DNA of 64,000 nt. It comes from Hydrolagus affinis. Lineage: Eukaryota. Below, piece after piece: positions 1 to 11,554 of the stretch. The translations under genes and the position numbers were made by a program. Where the stretch lies: contig JAAILG010000017.1 in the NCBI GenBank assembly GCA_012026655.1, forward strand, positions 62,001 through 126,000. Reading direction: 5' to 3'. Positions within the stretch are counted from its first letter, which is position 1. Every line of letters starts with the position of its first letter. Below the pieces are notes generated by a model. It worked only from the letters and a program-made list of their open reading frames with translations, was not told the origin of the DNA and did no database searches.

Positions 1-189
1 TTGGCACCACAAGGTCAAAGGTGAGAGACTGGGTTTGATCTTTGATGATAATTTAATGCCAGCAGATGACCATTTTCTGTGCGGAAAGAAAACTGTTAAG
101 CCTACATTCATGATTATTGTATAGAACATGATTTGCATGACTCAGTAATGAGGACGTTTGCAGCTCCTTCAAACCAGCTAGATAGTGCT

Positions 190-260
190 GTATGTATATG
201 TTTTATATATATATAAATATATGTGTATATGATATATATGTATATATTATATTGTATATT
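190..260. repeat. Imperfect (TA)n/(TG)n low-complexity tract
   Basis: Directly visible. Confidence 0.85.
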
Positions 261-364
261 GATTGAAATTTTACAGGGGGAAACTTATTCAAGGTATTTT
301 GATTTTTCTTCCCTTCCTCCTTGTTGCCTTCTTCCATGCCACGGTCTTATCACCAATAATCACC

Positions 365-478
365 AGTAACAATAATAATCCTACGTTTGATATAACGCCT
401 TATCACGTCTTTGAGACGTCTGAAACGCTTCACAGAATATACCACAAAATGAATCGACTGTACATTTTGGTGGGTGAA
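365..478 (-). mobile_element. SINE 3' fragment
   Basis: aataataatcctacgtttgatataacgccttatcacgtctttgagacgtc..gcttcacagaatatac is the reverse complement of the family tail. Confidence 0.8.
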
Positions 479-3034
479 TCAGGGGTTAAGCAGGTGTCAG
501 CTTACTAAATTTTTAATGATATTAAAATTTGCCAGTAGAAGTGTATGAGAGAAGTCTGCGGTTACTGTTTTGGTGATTTTTACTTTCCCTTAGTTTCTAA
601 GACATTGAGTATGTGTCACCCTAAACAGGAGGTAACTGCGAGGTGAGGGCTTTGCGAGGTGATCATTCTAGAACAATGACGTGATCTACAGTTTATTAAA
701 TCGAATTGTCCTTCATCCTGTAGGAGGTTTGCTCGACGTGAGTTAAGTGTCTGAAAAGATTACCGCAACACAGACTGCGTGACCTGCGTGTGTTAAGATG
801 ATTTAGTGTTTCCGAGAAGTGGTTAGGCTTCCTGATTAAATGCTTACCTAATGTCTTTATCGGTAATAATTTGAAGTCCTGCTGAAGTAAGCCCAGCTGA
901 CTAAGGCTGGATTTGTTTTCTTGGCCGGATTTTAACAGCTGAAGACCTGAAAGCCTATTGCGATCTTTGTTTCAATATTGCACTAGCATCCAGCATGTTG
1001 TGTACAGAGCATGTTCTGAATGAGTGTGTGGACTGTGCACATTTTTGATATGTGGCAATACTAGTCGTTTAACCGAAGAGATGATTCAGGCTTTTCGTCT
1101 TTGAAAGAGATTGTATTTTTTCAATGGTTGCAATTACTCATTCTGTGATTCTGCAACTCATCCACGATTTCCACTATTTACTACCTAGTGTGTTACTTCC
1201 CAGCAACGAACTGCAGATTTTATTTGGTAACAACAACGTCCATTTAGTTGTACAGAGAGGCACCAACTGAGTCAACTGAGTTTACATTCACCAACTGAGT
1301 CAAGTATTTTCATTGAAAATGTCTCTCATGTCATTTGGTAACAGGAATGAAAAACAAATTGACAAGCAAAATAAATCGGCCCCCGATTAACTTTTGATAC
1401 TGAAAAATTAAGTGTCATTTTTGTAAATAAAAATGGACAGAACCAAGCTGTTATGGTACGTACGGTTGCACATTATTTACACTCTTCTGTTAGTTTTTTT
1501 TGTTTTAATTATTCCCTCTTATCCATCACCCTCTGAATAGTTACCAAAACAAACTGTCAAAGTGCTCCAGAATGCTACCCGGTGTGAAGGAGGCTGTGTA
1601 AATGCAAGGTTGTTTATTTGAGGAAATGTGATAAGCACTCCAGCACAGTGTGATTTGGGCTTGAATTTGATGTAGAATTAAATGGGCAGGAGTCCACAGG
1701 ACAAAACTACTCACAAATGACCATTTTCTATAGTTTATTTAGTACCATTTTATGGTTCATTACTAATGACCATGTCTGTTATGTACAGTAGAGAGAGAGA
1801 GCTGTGTGATAGCTGGAATTTGGATGAATCTGGGTGGTATGAATGGGGGAGGGGGTGGGAGTGCACCATCAGACTATGATTGACCTATGGTAATTCAATG
1901 CTATCATTAGCTGGAGAATGGGTTAGTGGCATTTTATTGAGCATAAAAAAAGAAATTAATAAAGAAGGGAGAGGATAATTGTACTCCAGGTCTAGCATTT
2001 GTTCGATCGCTTTATTTTGAACATGTAAAGATTCTTTGAATGCCAGTGTGCTTTTTATTCCTGAATGGTTTCTTTGAAGGATGTGGTTTTCAATATGCGG
2101 TCTTTAATTAGTGTTTTGAAGAATCCAGCGTTTCATTCCCTCCCCTTCAGCCCTCCCCTTTTCTCCCAGTGTTTCTCCCACTCAACTTGAACAAATTCCT
2201 CTTGACTGTCTGCTACAGAATGCAAACCACGTGCGAGACCGTTTCAGAAATTTCGATAGTTTGTGGATATTCGCGTGTGTGGCTATTTCCATTGTTGAAA
2301 CCTCTAATGTTAACCACAGCCTTCGCCGTAGCTCGTTGGACTGGTTTCTGTTGCACCTGTAAATAAGCACGGTGGAGTTGGGCAGATGATATCAGAGCGG
2401 ACAGAGCAACTTGTTGGAAAGACTAACTTGCCGTTCACCGGGTATGGCTGACTGCATGCGAGAGCTGCTATTTAAAGTCACACTTCCAGTAAGCAACCTA
2501 ATCTGTCAGCGCAACCACTCAAGATGGCCTTTGTTGATTTGACATTGCATTGTAGTAACTTGGGCTAGGCAAATGTCAGGTTGTAGGGCGAGAGGTCAAA
2601 GATGTAAGCAAAGTGGACTAATGTTATTTATTAACAAAAGTGGCCGTGACCTGTAACTGGACCCTGGTTGTTCATTTGAGTAAAGAAAGTTTTTAAGAGT
2701 TTCAGTGACGAACCTCACTCTGCCATCTGGAAACCTAAGGGGTGATGCAAATGCAAATGGTTTCGAAGGGAGGATGAGGTGAGGGAGAGAGACCTTTGAT
2801 CCGGTCGTCAATTGCTGAAGATGCCAGATAGTAAAGACTATTCACTGTGTGATTGATGCTTACGTTAACTGTCAATACGGCTAGCATTTTTAAAATAACA
2901 TTTCTCTCTTCACGGAATAGGCTAAGCCCCCCCAGATCTCTGTTTGACCAGGTTCATTGGTTCTCTGCACTGGCGAAGTAGTAAGATTCAGAGGATCGAT
3001 GTGAGTAGCCTCTTCATGAAAGGAATGAGACTAT

Positions 3035-3136
3035 CTCAAATAAATACAGAGATCGCTGGGAACGCTCAGCAGGTCAGGCAGCATCCATGGAGATAGGAAA
3101 GTGGGTCAACGTTTCTGGTCCATGATCCTTTGTCAA
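3035..3136 (-). mobile_element. Second, more degraded copy of the 33371-33506 element
   Basis: Reverse complement ttgacaaaggatcatggaccagaaacgttgacc..tctccatggatgctgcctgacctgctgagcgttcccagc aligns with 33372-33453. Confidence 0.75.
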
Positions 3137-3770
3137 TCTACCTCAATCTCTACCAATTCCATTCTGAGCTTTGATAGAATGCATGCAACTTTGAGGTCAG
3201 GGGAGCTGGATTGATCATTATCCCTGAGACGTGAACTCCAGGTCTTCACTAAGTTTTCCTACTCTTTGTGTTACAGAGCTACCGTACAATTGGAAAAAAC
3301 CTGGTATATGTGTATTTGTGTATGTATTTGTGGTCAGATATCAAAGACCATTCTTAATTAATTAGCTTTGAATCCATTCTCCTTTGTTCATGACGTTTGA
3401 CGGCACTCTTGTCAGCTACAAATGGAAAAGCTCAAGTCACAAAAGGAGTTTCTCAGAGGTATTTTGGTGTGTGATGAACATTGCAATGGAAACAAATGTG
3501 AATGGATGCGACTGTACTGAACATACATTGCAGGCAGTTGGGACTTGGAAATAGCAATCCAGGATTCCCTTCTTATTGTGGATGATATTATCAGCATCTA
3601 AAGAGTTGACACTGTCCAACAGCAATAAAGGGAATTGGAGAATGAGTCTGCTAAGCCTACTCCTCCATCTACTGTTGTCCTTGTCGGACATCTAGGACCT
3701 GACAGATTACCCAGCCTTCTACTTGTGATGAATGTCATGATCTGCCACTGTCAAGTGCGCTGAGATGCTA

Positions 3771-3962
3771 CTCTGCCCCCACACTCCGGAACTCCATCTG
3801 ACAGACCCTTCGCCTCGTTTCCTCCCATGCCTCCTTCAAGGCCAGTCTCAAGATCCTCCTCTTCGATCGTGCCTTCTGCCTCCCTCCCAACTCTCTCCCT
3901 CCTCTCTACCCTCCCCCTTGCTTGGGTCCCAACCTGACTGTTCAGTGCCTTGGGACATCCTA
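3771..3962 (+). mobile_element. L2-clade LINE 3' end
   Basis: ctctgcccccacactccggaactcc...ctccttcaaggccagtctcaagatcctcctcttcgatcgtgccttc (A-P-x-L-[W]-N-S...SFK..LK..LF..AF ORF2 end) plus C/T-rich 3' UTR; near-identical to 62455-62665. Confidence 0.85.
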
Positions 3963-4116
3963 TAGGGTCATTTTGTAAGGAACTTTGCTGTTACAATTGG
4001 TGCTGATGGGTGACCGGTTTTCTTCCACTTAGCAATCAACTACCCCCACCGCTCAAGAACCTATGAACTGTAAGTCCCGACAGCTTGAATGATCTGTGTT
4101 CTCTTGTGTGCTTCAG

Positions 4117-4278
4117 GTAGCCTTGGTGCAGTGGACAGAGAGCATTGGCTTGACGCTGGTCGGCCGAGACCAATCCTCCATGCAGCTGAGGACACCTGGT
4201 GGCCAGATTCTCAATTTCAGTATCCTGCAGGTGTTCCCGTTTACATACGAGAGCAAGCGGATGGGAATCATTGTCAAG
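4117..4278 (+). CDS. ATP9A: ATP9A P4-type ATPase/phospholipid flippase, internal exon (first exon in window; gene starts upstream of the window)
   Basis: cttcag|...aag|gtgagt; 162 bp encoding [54 protein letters not shown], including the N-domain [11 protein letters not shown] motif, near-identical to vertebrate ATP9A. Confidence 0.96.
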
Positions 4279-5347
4279 GTGAGTGAGTGAAAATGATTCG
4301 ATGTTGAATTCATACAGATTCAGTTAACCAACTGTGCTGTTTCTCCATAAAGGAAGTTATTGCAGCAGCAAATTACATTTGCCCATCTGACACCATCCAC
4401 GTGCCTTTTGTGTGCCCTTAATTGTGTCATTAACAACAAATTAAAAGGTTTATAGGTGTCAGGTCCCTGTAAATCCTTTACATTGAGCAATTGCACACTT
4501 TAGGGCACCTTTAATTGACTGTATACACACATGTTTACAAGGCTCGCATAATAGAGCTAATATTTTTAGAACAATATCATTTCCTGTATTGCTGCTTTGT
4601 GGTGTGTGTGTGTGTATAAAAAAAATAGACAGTGAGCTGTTTGATTGCTAATCTTTGCACCGTCTATGCTTGAGCACAAGCTACTGACTATCTTCCTGTT
4701 CTGTAAATGGAGCAAAACTGGAATAATTCTGTCCTTAATTGATTCTTCAGCTGAATTATTTAACTTCCAGACAAATTGTCACTTGGTTAATTCCAGCTGT
4801 GAATTTTACTGCGCACAACCGTTAGCAAAATTGTTTTATGAATTGGTGCACCAATCAGATTCGGATGAAATTTTGGCAGCAGTATGATTTTAAGAGGTGT
4901 AAAACTCACATACACCAATGCTTGTGTTACTTAGCAACGACAGACAGATATAGTACTATGGTATTATCAGAAGCTGGCTTGGTAGCACAGTTTAATTAGC
5001 ATCAGATGTAGATTGAAGGTAATTACCAAAATAGCAAAGGGGAGAGGTTAGGAGAATATTTTTTGTAAGGACATGGAATACGGCTACTTGGAACTGTAAA
5101 AGGCAATTAGATAAATATCCGCAAATCAGAAATAAATTGGTTTTTTTTTGTCTACAAATCCCAATTACTAGACTTGATATTAATTTGCATGATGTCTTGC
5201 CGATATGATGAGGCACTATATCAAATCTAAGTATTATTATTATTATTAGAATAAGTTGCCAAATTGGGTCATTCAGTCTTGAACAAAATGCTGAGGCTGT
5301 TCTAAATGCCTCACCCTGATCATTATTTGTACCTGTTTCTTGGCTAG

Positions 5348-5440
5348 GATGAATCGACGGGAGAGGTTACATTCTACATGAAGGGAGCTGATGTGGTGAT
5401 GATGGGAATTGTTCAGTACAATGACTGGCTTGAAGAAGAG
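5348..5440 (+). CDS. ATP9A: ATP9A internal exon
   Basis: ggctag|gat...gag|gtatgc; 93 bp, [31 protein letters not shown] (KGAD nucleotide-binding motif). Confidence 0.96.
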
Positions 5441-6141
5441 GTATGCGTCCTAATTCGTTATTAGTCAAAACAAATATTGAAACAGTGACTGTGGGAAGGT
5501 TTTTTAGCTTCGCATATTCCTGGAAATATGACGCTCTGTGCTTTTTCTCAAAGTTTTTTTAAAAAAAAAATGGTGTTTGCAGATGGCTGTGTGAAAGTGA
5601 TGTGAAATTATGTAAATGTGTGAAAGTATAGAATCAGAGAGGCAAAAGTCCAATTCTTTTGATACCAGACGTTTGAGAATTGGTGGGGGGACGTTAGAGC
5701 GAGCGAGTCATGGCACGGATGTGGAAGAGCCTTTCTCTGCTGTGATTAAACCGCCGCTCTATAATACTCCCGCAGAGTGACAGTACAGTAGAGTCAATAC
5801 ATTAGGCTGAAGGTTTTACCAGTGCCTTGTATCGTAGTAGCAAATCTTGAGTCATCCCACCAAGATCAGTTCCTGCCTTGAGCACACAAATTTCACAGAT
5901 AAGTATTTACTGTTAAGAATTGTTGACACCAATGGAAACAATGGAGTTCGGTGATGGCCACTAAAATGAAATAACTACATTCAAAACACAGGATTGCATT
6001 GTCATTATCACAATGCGTTTCGATAATCTTTGTTTTAAAAAACAAACCCACAAAGAAACAAAAATATCTTTGACGTACACAGTTTACGACAGACCTAGTT
6101 TCTGATTGTCGCTGTCCTATTGATATAATGTTTGATTACAG

Positions 6142-6225
6142 TGTGGCAACATGGCCAGAGAAGGACTCCGGGTTCTCGTGGTGGCCAAGAAGTCCCTGAC
6201 TGAGGAGCAGTATCAGGATTTTGAG
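6142..6225 (+). CDS. ATP9A: ATP9A internal exon
   Basis: ttacag|tgt...gag|gtaatt; 84 bp, [28 protein letters not shown] (GLRxL motif). Confidence 0.96.
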
Positions 6226-6908
6226 GTAATTCCCCTTCTGTTTGAATCCGCTGTCAGGACGTGACGGCTGCGCGACCCTTTGTGGGTTGGTTACGAGTAC
6301 GGCACTTCCTATACCTAAGGGTGTGTATCTGCTGTCAGATCAAGGTCCATTTGCTGGTCTGGGTTGACCCAAGTCGATCTCGGTTGCGGTTGGCCTCGCC
6401 TGGCCATTATCCAATGATCGTGGCCTTTAAAGGGCAAATGTGGACAGTATTGAGCAAGGTTGTGATTCAGCTGTTTCCCACTCCCAGTGGTCAAATGGCC
6501 TTCCTGACCATCTCAAACTGGTGACGTGGTGGCTGACACGAATGGACGTCACCCCCAACTTCACACTCTTACCCCTCCGCTCGCCGCCACCGCCCCCACT
6601 GATCCTAATCACCAGGTGGGGTGTGGATCCCTGACTGTCTAGCGCTTCCTCCCGACATCAAAGGCGCTGCACAAATGTAAGTTGTTGTTGTTGGATGGGA
6701 GGGAAAAAAAATTGCTCTTAGCTTTGATTTCCATGGTTTTGTGGGGGTGTGCCTGCAATTAGGTTGTTTTTTGCCCACTTCTCAGCAGCTTTGCGATTTT
6801 TAGAATAATGTATAAAAATCTTAAGCACAAAAGTTTCCCTGAAAACAATGAATAAAAATCTTAAGGATAAAAGTTTCCTTGATGTTCTTTTTTTCCCCCT
6901 CCCCCCAG

Positions 6909-7079
6909 AACCGTTACAATCAGGCAAAGCTGAGTGTACATGACCGCTCATTGAAAGTGGCGACTGTGATTGAGAGTTTGGAGATGGAGATGGAGCTGCT
7001 TTGCCTGACTGGAGTGGAGGACCAGCTACAGGCTGACGTCAGGCCCACCCTGGAGATGCTGAGGAACGCTGGGATAAAG
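6909..7079 (+). CDS. ATP9A: ATP9A internal exon
   Basis: polypyrimidine tract+cag|aac...aag|gtagga; 171 bp, [57 protein letters not shown]; [12 protein letters not shown] is the ATP9A form rather than ATP9B VAAVVESLEREM. Confidence 0.96.
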
Positions 7080-7266
7080 GTAGGATAGCAAGGCCCTGAG
7101 AGAGACCCTTCTCAGAAGACCCTTCTCTTTGACCGTGCCTTCAGTCACTCTCTTAACACAACCCGCCCCACCCTCCATCCCTCCTGATCCCAACCACCAG
7201 CTCAGGTGCGGATCCCTGACTGTCCAGTGCCTTGGGATGTCCTCCTGACAAGAAAGGCGTTACACC

Positions 7267-7462
7267 AAAAAAAAACACAATAATAAAATTGGTCATTTCA
7301 ATCCATGACTGTTTGTGGAACACCGCTGTGCGCAATTGGCTGCCGTGTTTCGCCCACAAATATACAGTCAACTCACTTTACCGTATATTCTGTGAAGTGC
7401 TTCGAGACGTCTAGAAGACGTGAAAAGCACTATATCAAATGCAAGGATTATTATTACTATTA
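7267..7462 (+). mobile_element. 5'-truncated SINE copy flanked by TACACC duplication
   Basis: Body and tail match 8363-8663; TACACC at 7261-7266 and 7463-7468. Confidence 0.88.
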
Positions 7463-7640
7463 TACACCGGTTGTTGTTGTTGTAGTGAGGATGGTGGGCT
7501 AAAGACTCACTCCCACTGTTCCAACACAATGCTCAAACAGTCTGCACGTGTCGGTTCCCTGTTAATAGACTAATGCACGAGATGGGTGTCGTTTACTTGT
7601 TGTCTCCTAACAGGGCGCAATATATATTTTTTCCCCCCAG

Positions 7641-7739
7641 GTGTGGATGCTCACTGGGGACAAGCTTGAAACGGCAACTTGTACGGCAAAGAATGCGCAT
7701 CTGGTGACCAGGAATCAAGATATTCACACCTTCAGAACC
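7641..7739 (+). CDS. ATP9A: ATP9A internal exon
   Basis: ccccag|gtg...acc|gtgagt; 99 bp, [33 protein letters not shown] (TGD motif of the P domain). Confidence 0.96.
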
Positions 7740-8254
7740 GTGAGTATCGCTTGGAATTGCCCAACGATCCCACAAATCAAATTGCTCAGCCATTTCATAG
7801 CTGTTTGGGGGGAGTATTACCATGCGAGAACAGACTGCTGCATTTTGCCCACAAGAACACAGTCACCCCACTTGATGGTATACCCCGTGAAGCTCTTTAG
7901 ATACCTTGCCGATTTGAATGGTTAATTATTCTCACAAGGATTTTGAACGTGACGGCTGGACTATAGAGGCACCCGAAAGCCTTCTACGAGGTGGAATGTA
8001 CCATTTTCCTACGCCAAAACCTTCATGTGTCACCAGGAAAGAAATATATATATTTCCTTTTAGACTTCATGCGCATTTGGTAAAAGAAAATGGTCTTCAA
8101 TTAACAAGTCCCATTGACCGTCCCACCAGATCTTCAATTTGGTTATGGTGGCGAGAATCCAGCAGGAGGCCATGAGATGTAACTGTGATCTAAACTGCTG
8201 GTTTTAATTTGACTAAATGTTCAGTCGCTATGTGTTAATGCCTTTGAACTTTAG

Positions 8255-8344
8255 GTAACCAATCGAGGGGAAGCTCACTTGGAACTGAACGCTTTCAGGA
8301 GGAAACATGATTGTGCGTTGGTAATATCTGGAGACTCACTGGAG
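8255..8344 (+). CDS. ATP9A: ATP9A internal exon
   Basis: ctttag|gta...gag|gtgagt; 90 bp, [30 protein letters not shown]. Confidence 0.95.
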
Positions 8345-8362
8345 GTGAGTGTATTACAGTAT

Positions 8363-8663
8363 AGTAATAATAATAGTCCTTGCATTTGATATAGCGCTTT
8401 TTACGTCTTCTAGACGTCTCAAAGCGCTTCACAGAAACACTGTAGTGTGATTTGACTGTATATAAGTGGGCGAGCCAATTGCGCACAGCAGTGTCCCACA
8501 AACAGTCGTGGATTGAATTGACCAATTTATTATTGCTTTTTTCAAGGGATTATTATCAGGCGTGTGGAGTAAGGAAACTTGCCCAAGGTTTCACCCTGCC
8601 GGGAATTGAACCCAGGTCTCCCACTTGTAAGTCGAGTGCTCTAACCACTGTGCTACAAGACTC
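8363..8663 (-). mobile_element. Near full-length tRNA-derived SINE (dominant young family of this window)
   Basis: Reverse complement reads gagtcttgtagcacagtggttagagc (A box)...ggttcaattcc (B box)...tgtgggacactgctgtgcgcaattggc (Deu-like core)...gaagcgctttgagacgtctagaagacg..gcgctatatcaaatgcaagga(tta)n tail. Confidence 0.9.
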
Positions 8664-9528
8664 TACATAATTTTTTTTTTAGCAAAATGCAAACTGTATT
8701 TTCAGCTAATAATTCAGCTCAGCAAAATTTGGAGCTTGTGAGACTGCAGTGCACCTAAAATTGTGAGCCCTGTCCTGGTGACGGGAAGCAATCTGGGATT
8801 GAGAGTTCAGGGGTTCAATTCCATGGAGTAGGCGAAGCTGGAATAGGAAATCTCACACATCGCTTGCTTGGAATAGCCTGGCTGTTTCCTATTGGGATTA
8901 ACGTGAGGGAACCAGTTAATTTGCCCACATGGTTCATTGGTAGGAGCGACTTGGCTGTCAAAACACAAGCCAAGCCCTAGCTGAGGTAGAGGAAGTGGAG
9001 CGGCAGAGAGAGTGAGAGAGAGAGAGTTTAGCTGAGACATTTTTTCCTTTTGGATGGATTGCGTCCGGAGGTTTGGGTGTGGTTCTGTTGAGGGATCGAC
9101 TGTTAATGGAGCCTGGGTTCAGTGAGGTCTGGCACGCCTCCCCTGTTGCTGAGATTCTAAACTTGAGAAGCATCCGAGCAGAGCTTAAAAGCAAACAACG
9201 CAAATTTAGGGTCCTCCCTCGGAATAACAGAATGAGTCTGACTTTTTCTTTTATTCGGGGTGGGAGGATGGGGGGAAGGTCATGCTCATTCACTGTGTTT
9301 GTTTATACAAGACCTGAAAGTGGGCTGGGGGCTGCGGGTGTGAAGTGGGGACAGACCACTGCTGTTGCAGTAGGATTGGTTGTTTTTCAGTTTCAACCAG
9401 TGAGGCCAGCCAAGCCGAGGAGGGCCTTGGATTGAGGTGGAAACGTCACAGCCTTGGTATGCACTACTACGTAGCCTGCTGCCGTAAGAAGCACCTCTTC
9501 TGATCCCTTGGTGCTTGTGTGTTTGCAG

Positions 9529-9673
9529 GTGTGCCTAAAGTTCTACGAGTACGAGTTCATGGAGCTGGCCTGCCAGTGTCCTGCGGTCATCTGTTGCCGA
9601 TGTGCGCCAACCCAGAAAGCCCAGATCATTCGGCTGTTGCAGCAGAGGACTCGCAAACTGACGTGCGCAGTGG
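9529..9673 (+). CDS. ATP9A: ATP9A internal exon
   Basis: ttgcag|gtg...gtgg|gtgaga; 145 bp, [48 protein letters not shown](G); ends in phase 1. Confidence 0.96.
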
Positions 9674-10928
9674 GTGAGAAACCACAAACCTCCTGCTGTT
9701 GTTCTTTTTTTTCCATTGAGGCTTAGATGCTTAGACAGTGAATGTCAGACCACGAGAAAACGTTCAGTCATGTAGCTTGTCTGTCTGTCTCCATCACGTT
9801 CAATGGTTTTGCTGTGTGCTGCATCTGTGGGTTACTTTCAAGACTCTCGTAGGAGTGAGGCAATTTTGTCGCTCATCAAAAACTTCAACTCCATAAACAC
9901 TACAACCTCTAATAATAGCACAACCTCCGAGGATGGTTCCGTTTTGACAAGGCCACAGTTTGGCCTCTGCTTCTGAGCCAGTGAGGTGGTAAGATAGCAT
10001 GGGAGTTCCATCTCCTAATTGCCATCCAGCGATCTCTGTTTAAAAGAACATGCGCAGGGCAGTATTGGACTCTGCAGAGATTCTCCATTCTCCATGTTTT
10101 TTTTTCCCAAAAAAACAGACTGCTCTGCTTCATAAGAAGCTTTCCACGTGAGAGAAATGGTCACTCTTACTGAATGGCGACTGGCGTTGCTAGAACCATA
10201 TTTCTGGATGGGGAGAATGTAACCATACAGGAGTCATTGTCTTTAGGGGGTGAGGTGAGGTGGAGAGAAGCAGAAAGTACTCGCAAAGGATCAGGCTTAA
10301 TCAATAAGATTTTTGCATTATAGGGTTCGAGCAAAAATCACTTAACTTTTAAGTAGAATAGAGCCAAGTGTTTAAGATCAATTGTGAATTGACTCTTGGG
10401 CAAGCAGCCGAAAGAGAAACCACTATCCACACAGCCACACCCCGACATTAGTCAACACTCATGGAGGCGGAGGAACATAAGTAAACACAGCCCTGCCATT
10501 AGGATAAATATTTTACAGAGGGATGCAAACGCATTGCTTTCCTGCTTCAAAACTGTTTTTTTTTAACTACCACTAGATGACGCTGTCACCCTTCAGGCTG
10601 ACCACTGCACACAATATATGTACTGTATGTTTGGACCTTGATGGAGAGGGCAAAGATAGTAACAATCACAACAGTATGTGTTTTTTTTATTAAAAAAAAG
10701 AGGAAAATGCAGTGTTACCTCTCCTGATCCAGACTTAATCCTCATCCTGAACATTCAAGCAACATTTGTAAGAATTGTTACCCACTTGTGAAATGTCTCT
10801 GTCGTGTGTGTGTGTGTATGTTTGCTAAAATACCTGGATTTAACTATGACTGGTCATCTTTTAGTTAACTTCACTTAAAAGCTTCTCCGCGCAACTTGCA
10901 TCCAAGAGATCGAGATGTATTGTGCCAA

Positions 10929-11217
10929 TGGGCAAAGTGTATGGTCTAGCCAGCACTCAATGACTCTGCTATAACAGGCAGGATGTGTGAGTTAGCTGGC
11001 ACTCAGTGACTGCTATGGTGGGCAGAGTGTATGAATTAGCCAGGATTCAGTGACTATTCAATCATTGGCAGACTGGATGGTCTAGCCAGTAGTTTGTGAC
11101 TCTGCTATAGTGGACAGGATGTCTGAGCTAGCCAGTACTCAGTAACTTTGATATATTGGGCAAGATTTATGGGCTAGCCAAAAATCAGTGGTTTGGCTAT
11201 AATGCACAGATTGAATG
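10929..11217. repeat. Degenerate ~46-bp tandem repeat, ~6.3 units
   Basis: Units approximate tgggcaggatgtatgggctagccagcactcagtgactctgctatar. Confidence 0.85.
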
Positions 11218-11489
11218 CACCGGAAGCTCAGACACTTGGCCGTGCTCTAGAAATGTACCCAAACAGTTATTCTACACACAAGCTTGGACATTGAGGTCTT
11301 TGATTGTACAGATATTCCTGCTAAGCTCATTCTGTCTTCACTGTAATTTTTTTGTTCAATTTGTGAATGAACATACAATGTCTAGAAGGCAATGCTGATG
11401 GGCTGCTATTGAAACTAATGGTGTCTTGCTCAGCACATACTGAGTTGCTGTGGGTCTAACACAGGCACGTGTTATTTTTTGTTCTGCAG

Positions 11490-11554
11490 GCGACGGGGGC
11501 AATGACGTCAGCATGATCCAGGCGGCTGACTGCGGAGTGGGGATTGAAGGGAAG
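11490..11554 (+). CDS. ATP9A: ATP9A internal exon
   Basis: ctgcag|gc gac...aag|gtaaga; 65 bp, (G)[21 protein letters not shown], carrying the GDGxND hinge motif of P-type ATPases. Confidence 0.97.

Noticed and set aside
1-4116. An additional ATP9A exon (expected to end ...YQASSPDE) before 4117
   Set aside because: No matching peptide or splice-flanked frame was found; that exon must lie upstream of the window.
10929-11217. CRISPR-like array interpretation of the ~46-bp periodic region
   Set aside because: The units are contiguous degenerate copies with no invariant repeat or unique spacers, there are no cas genes, and the context is a vertebrate intron.
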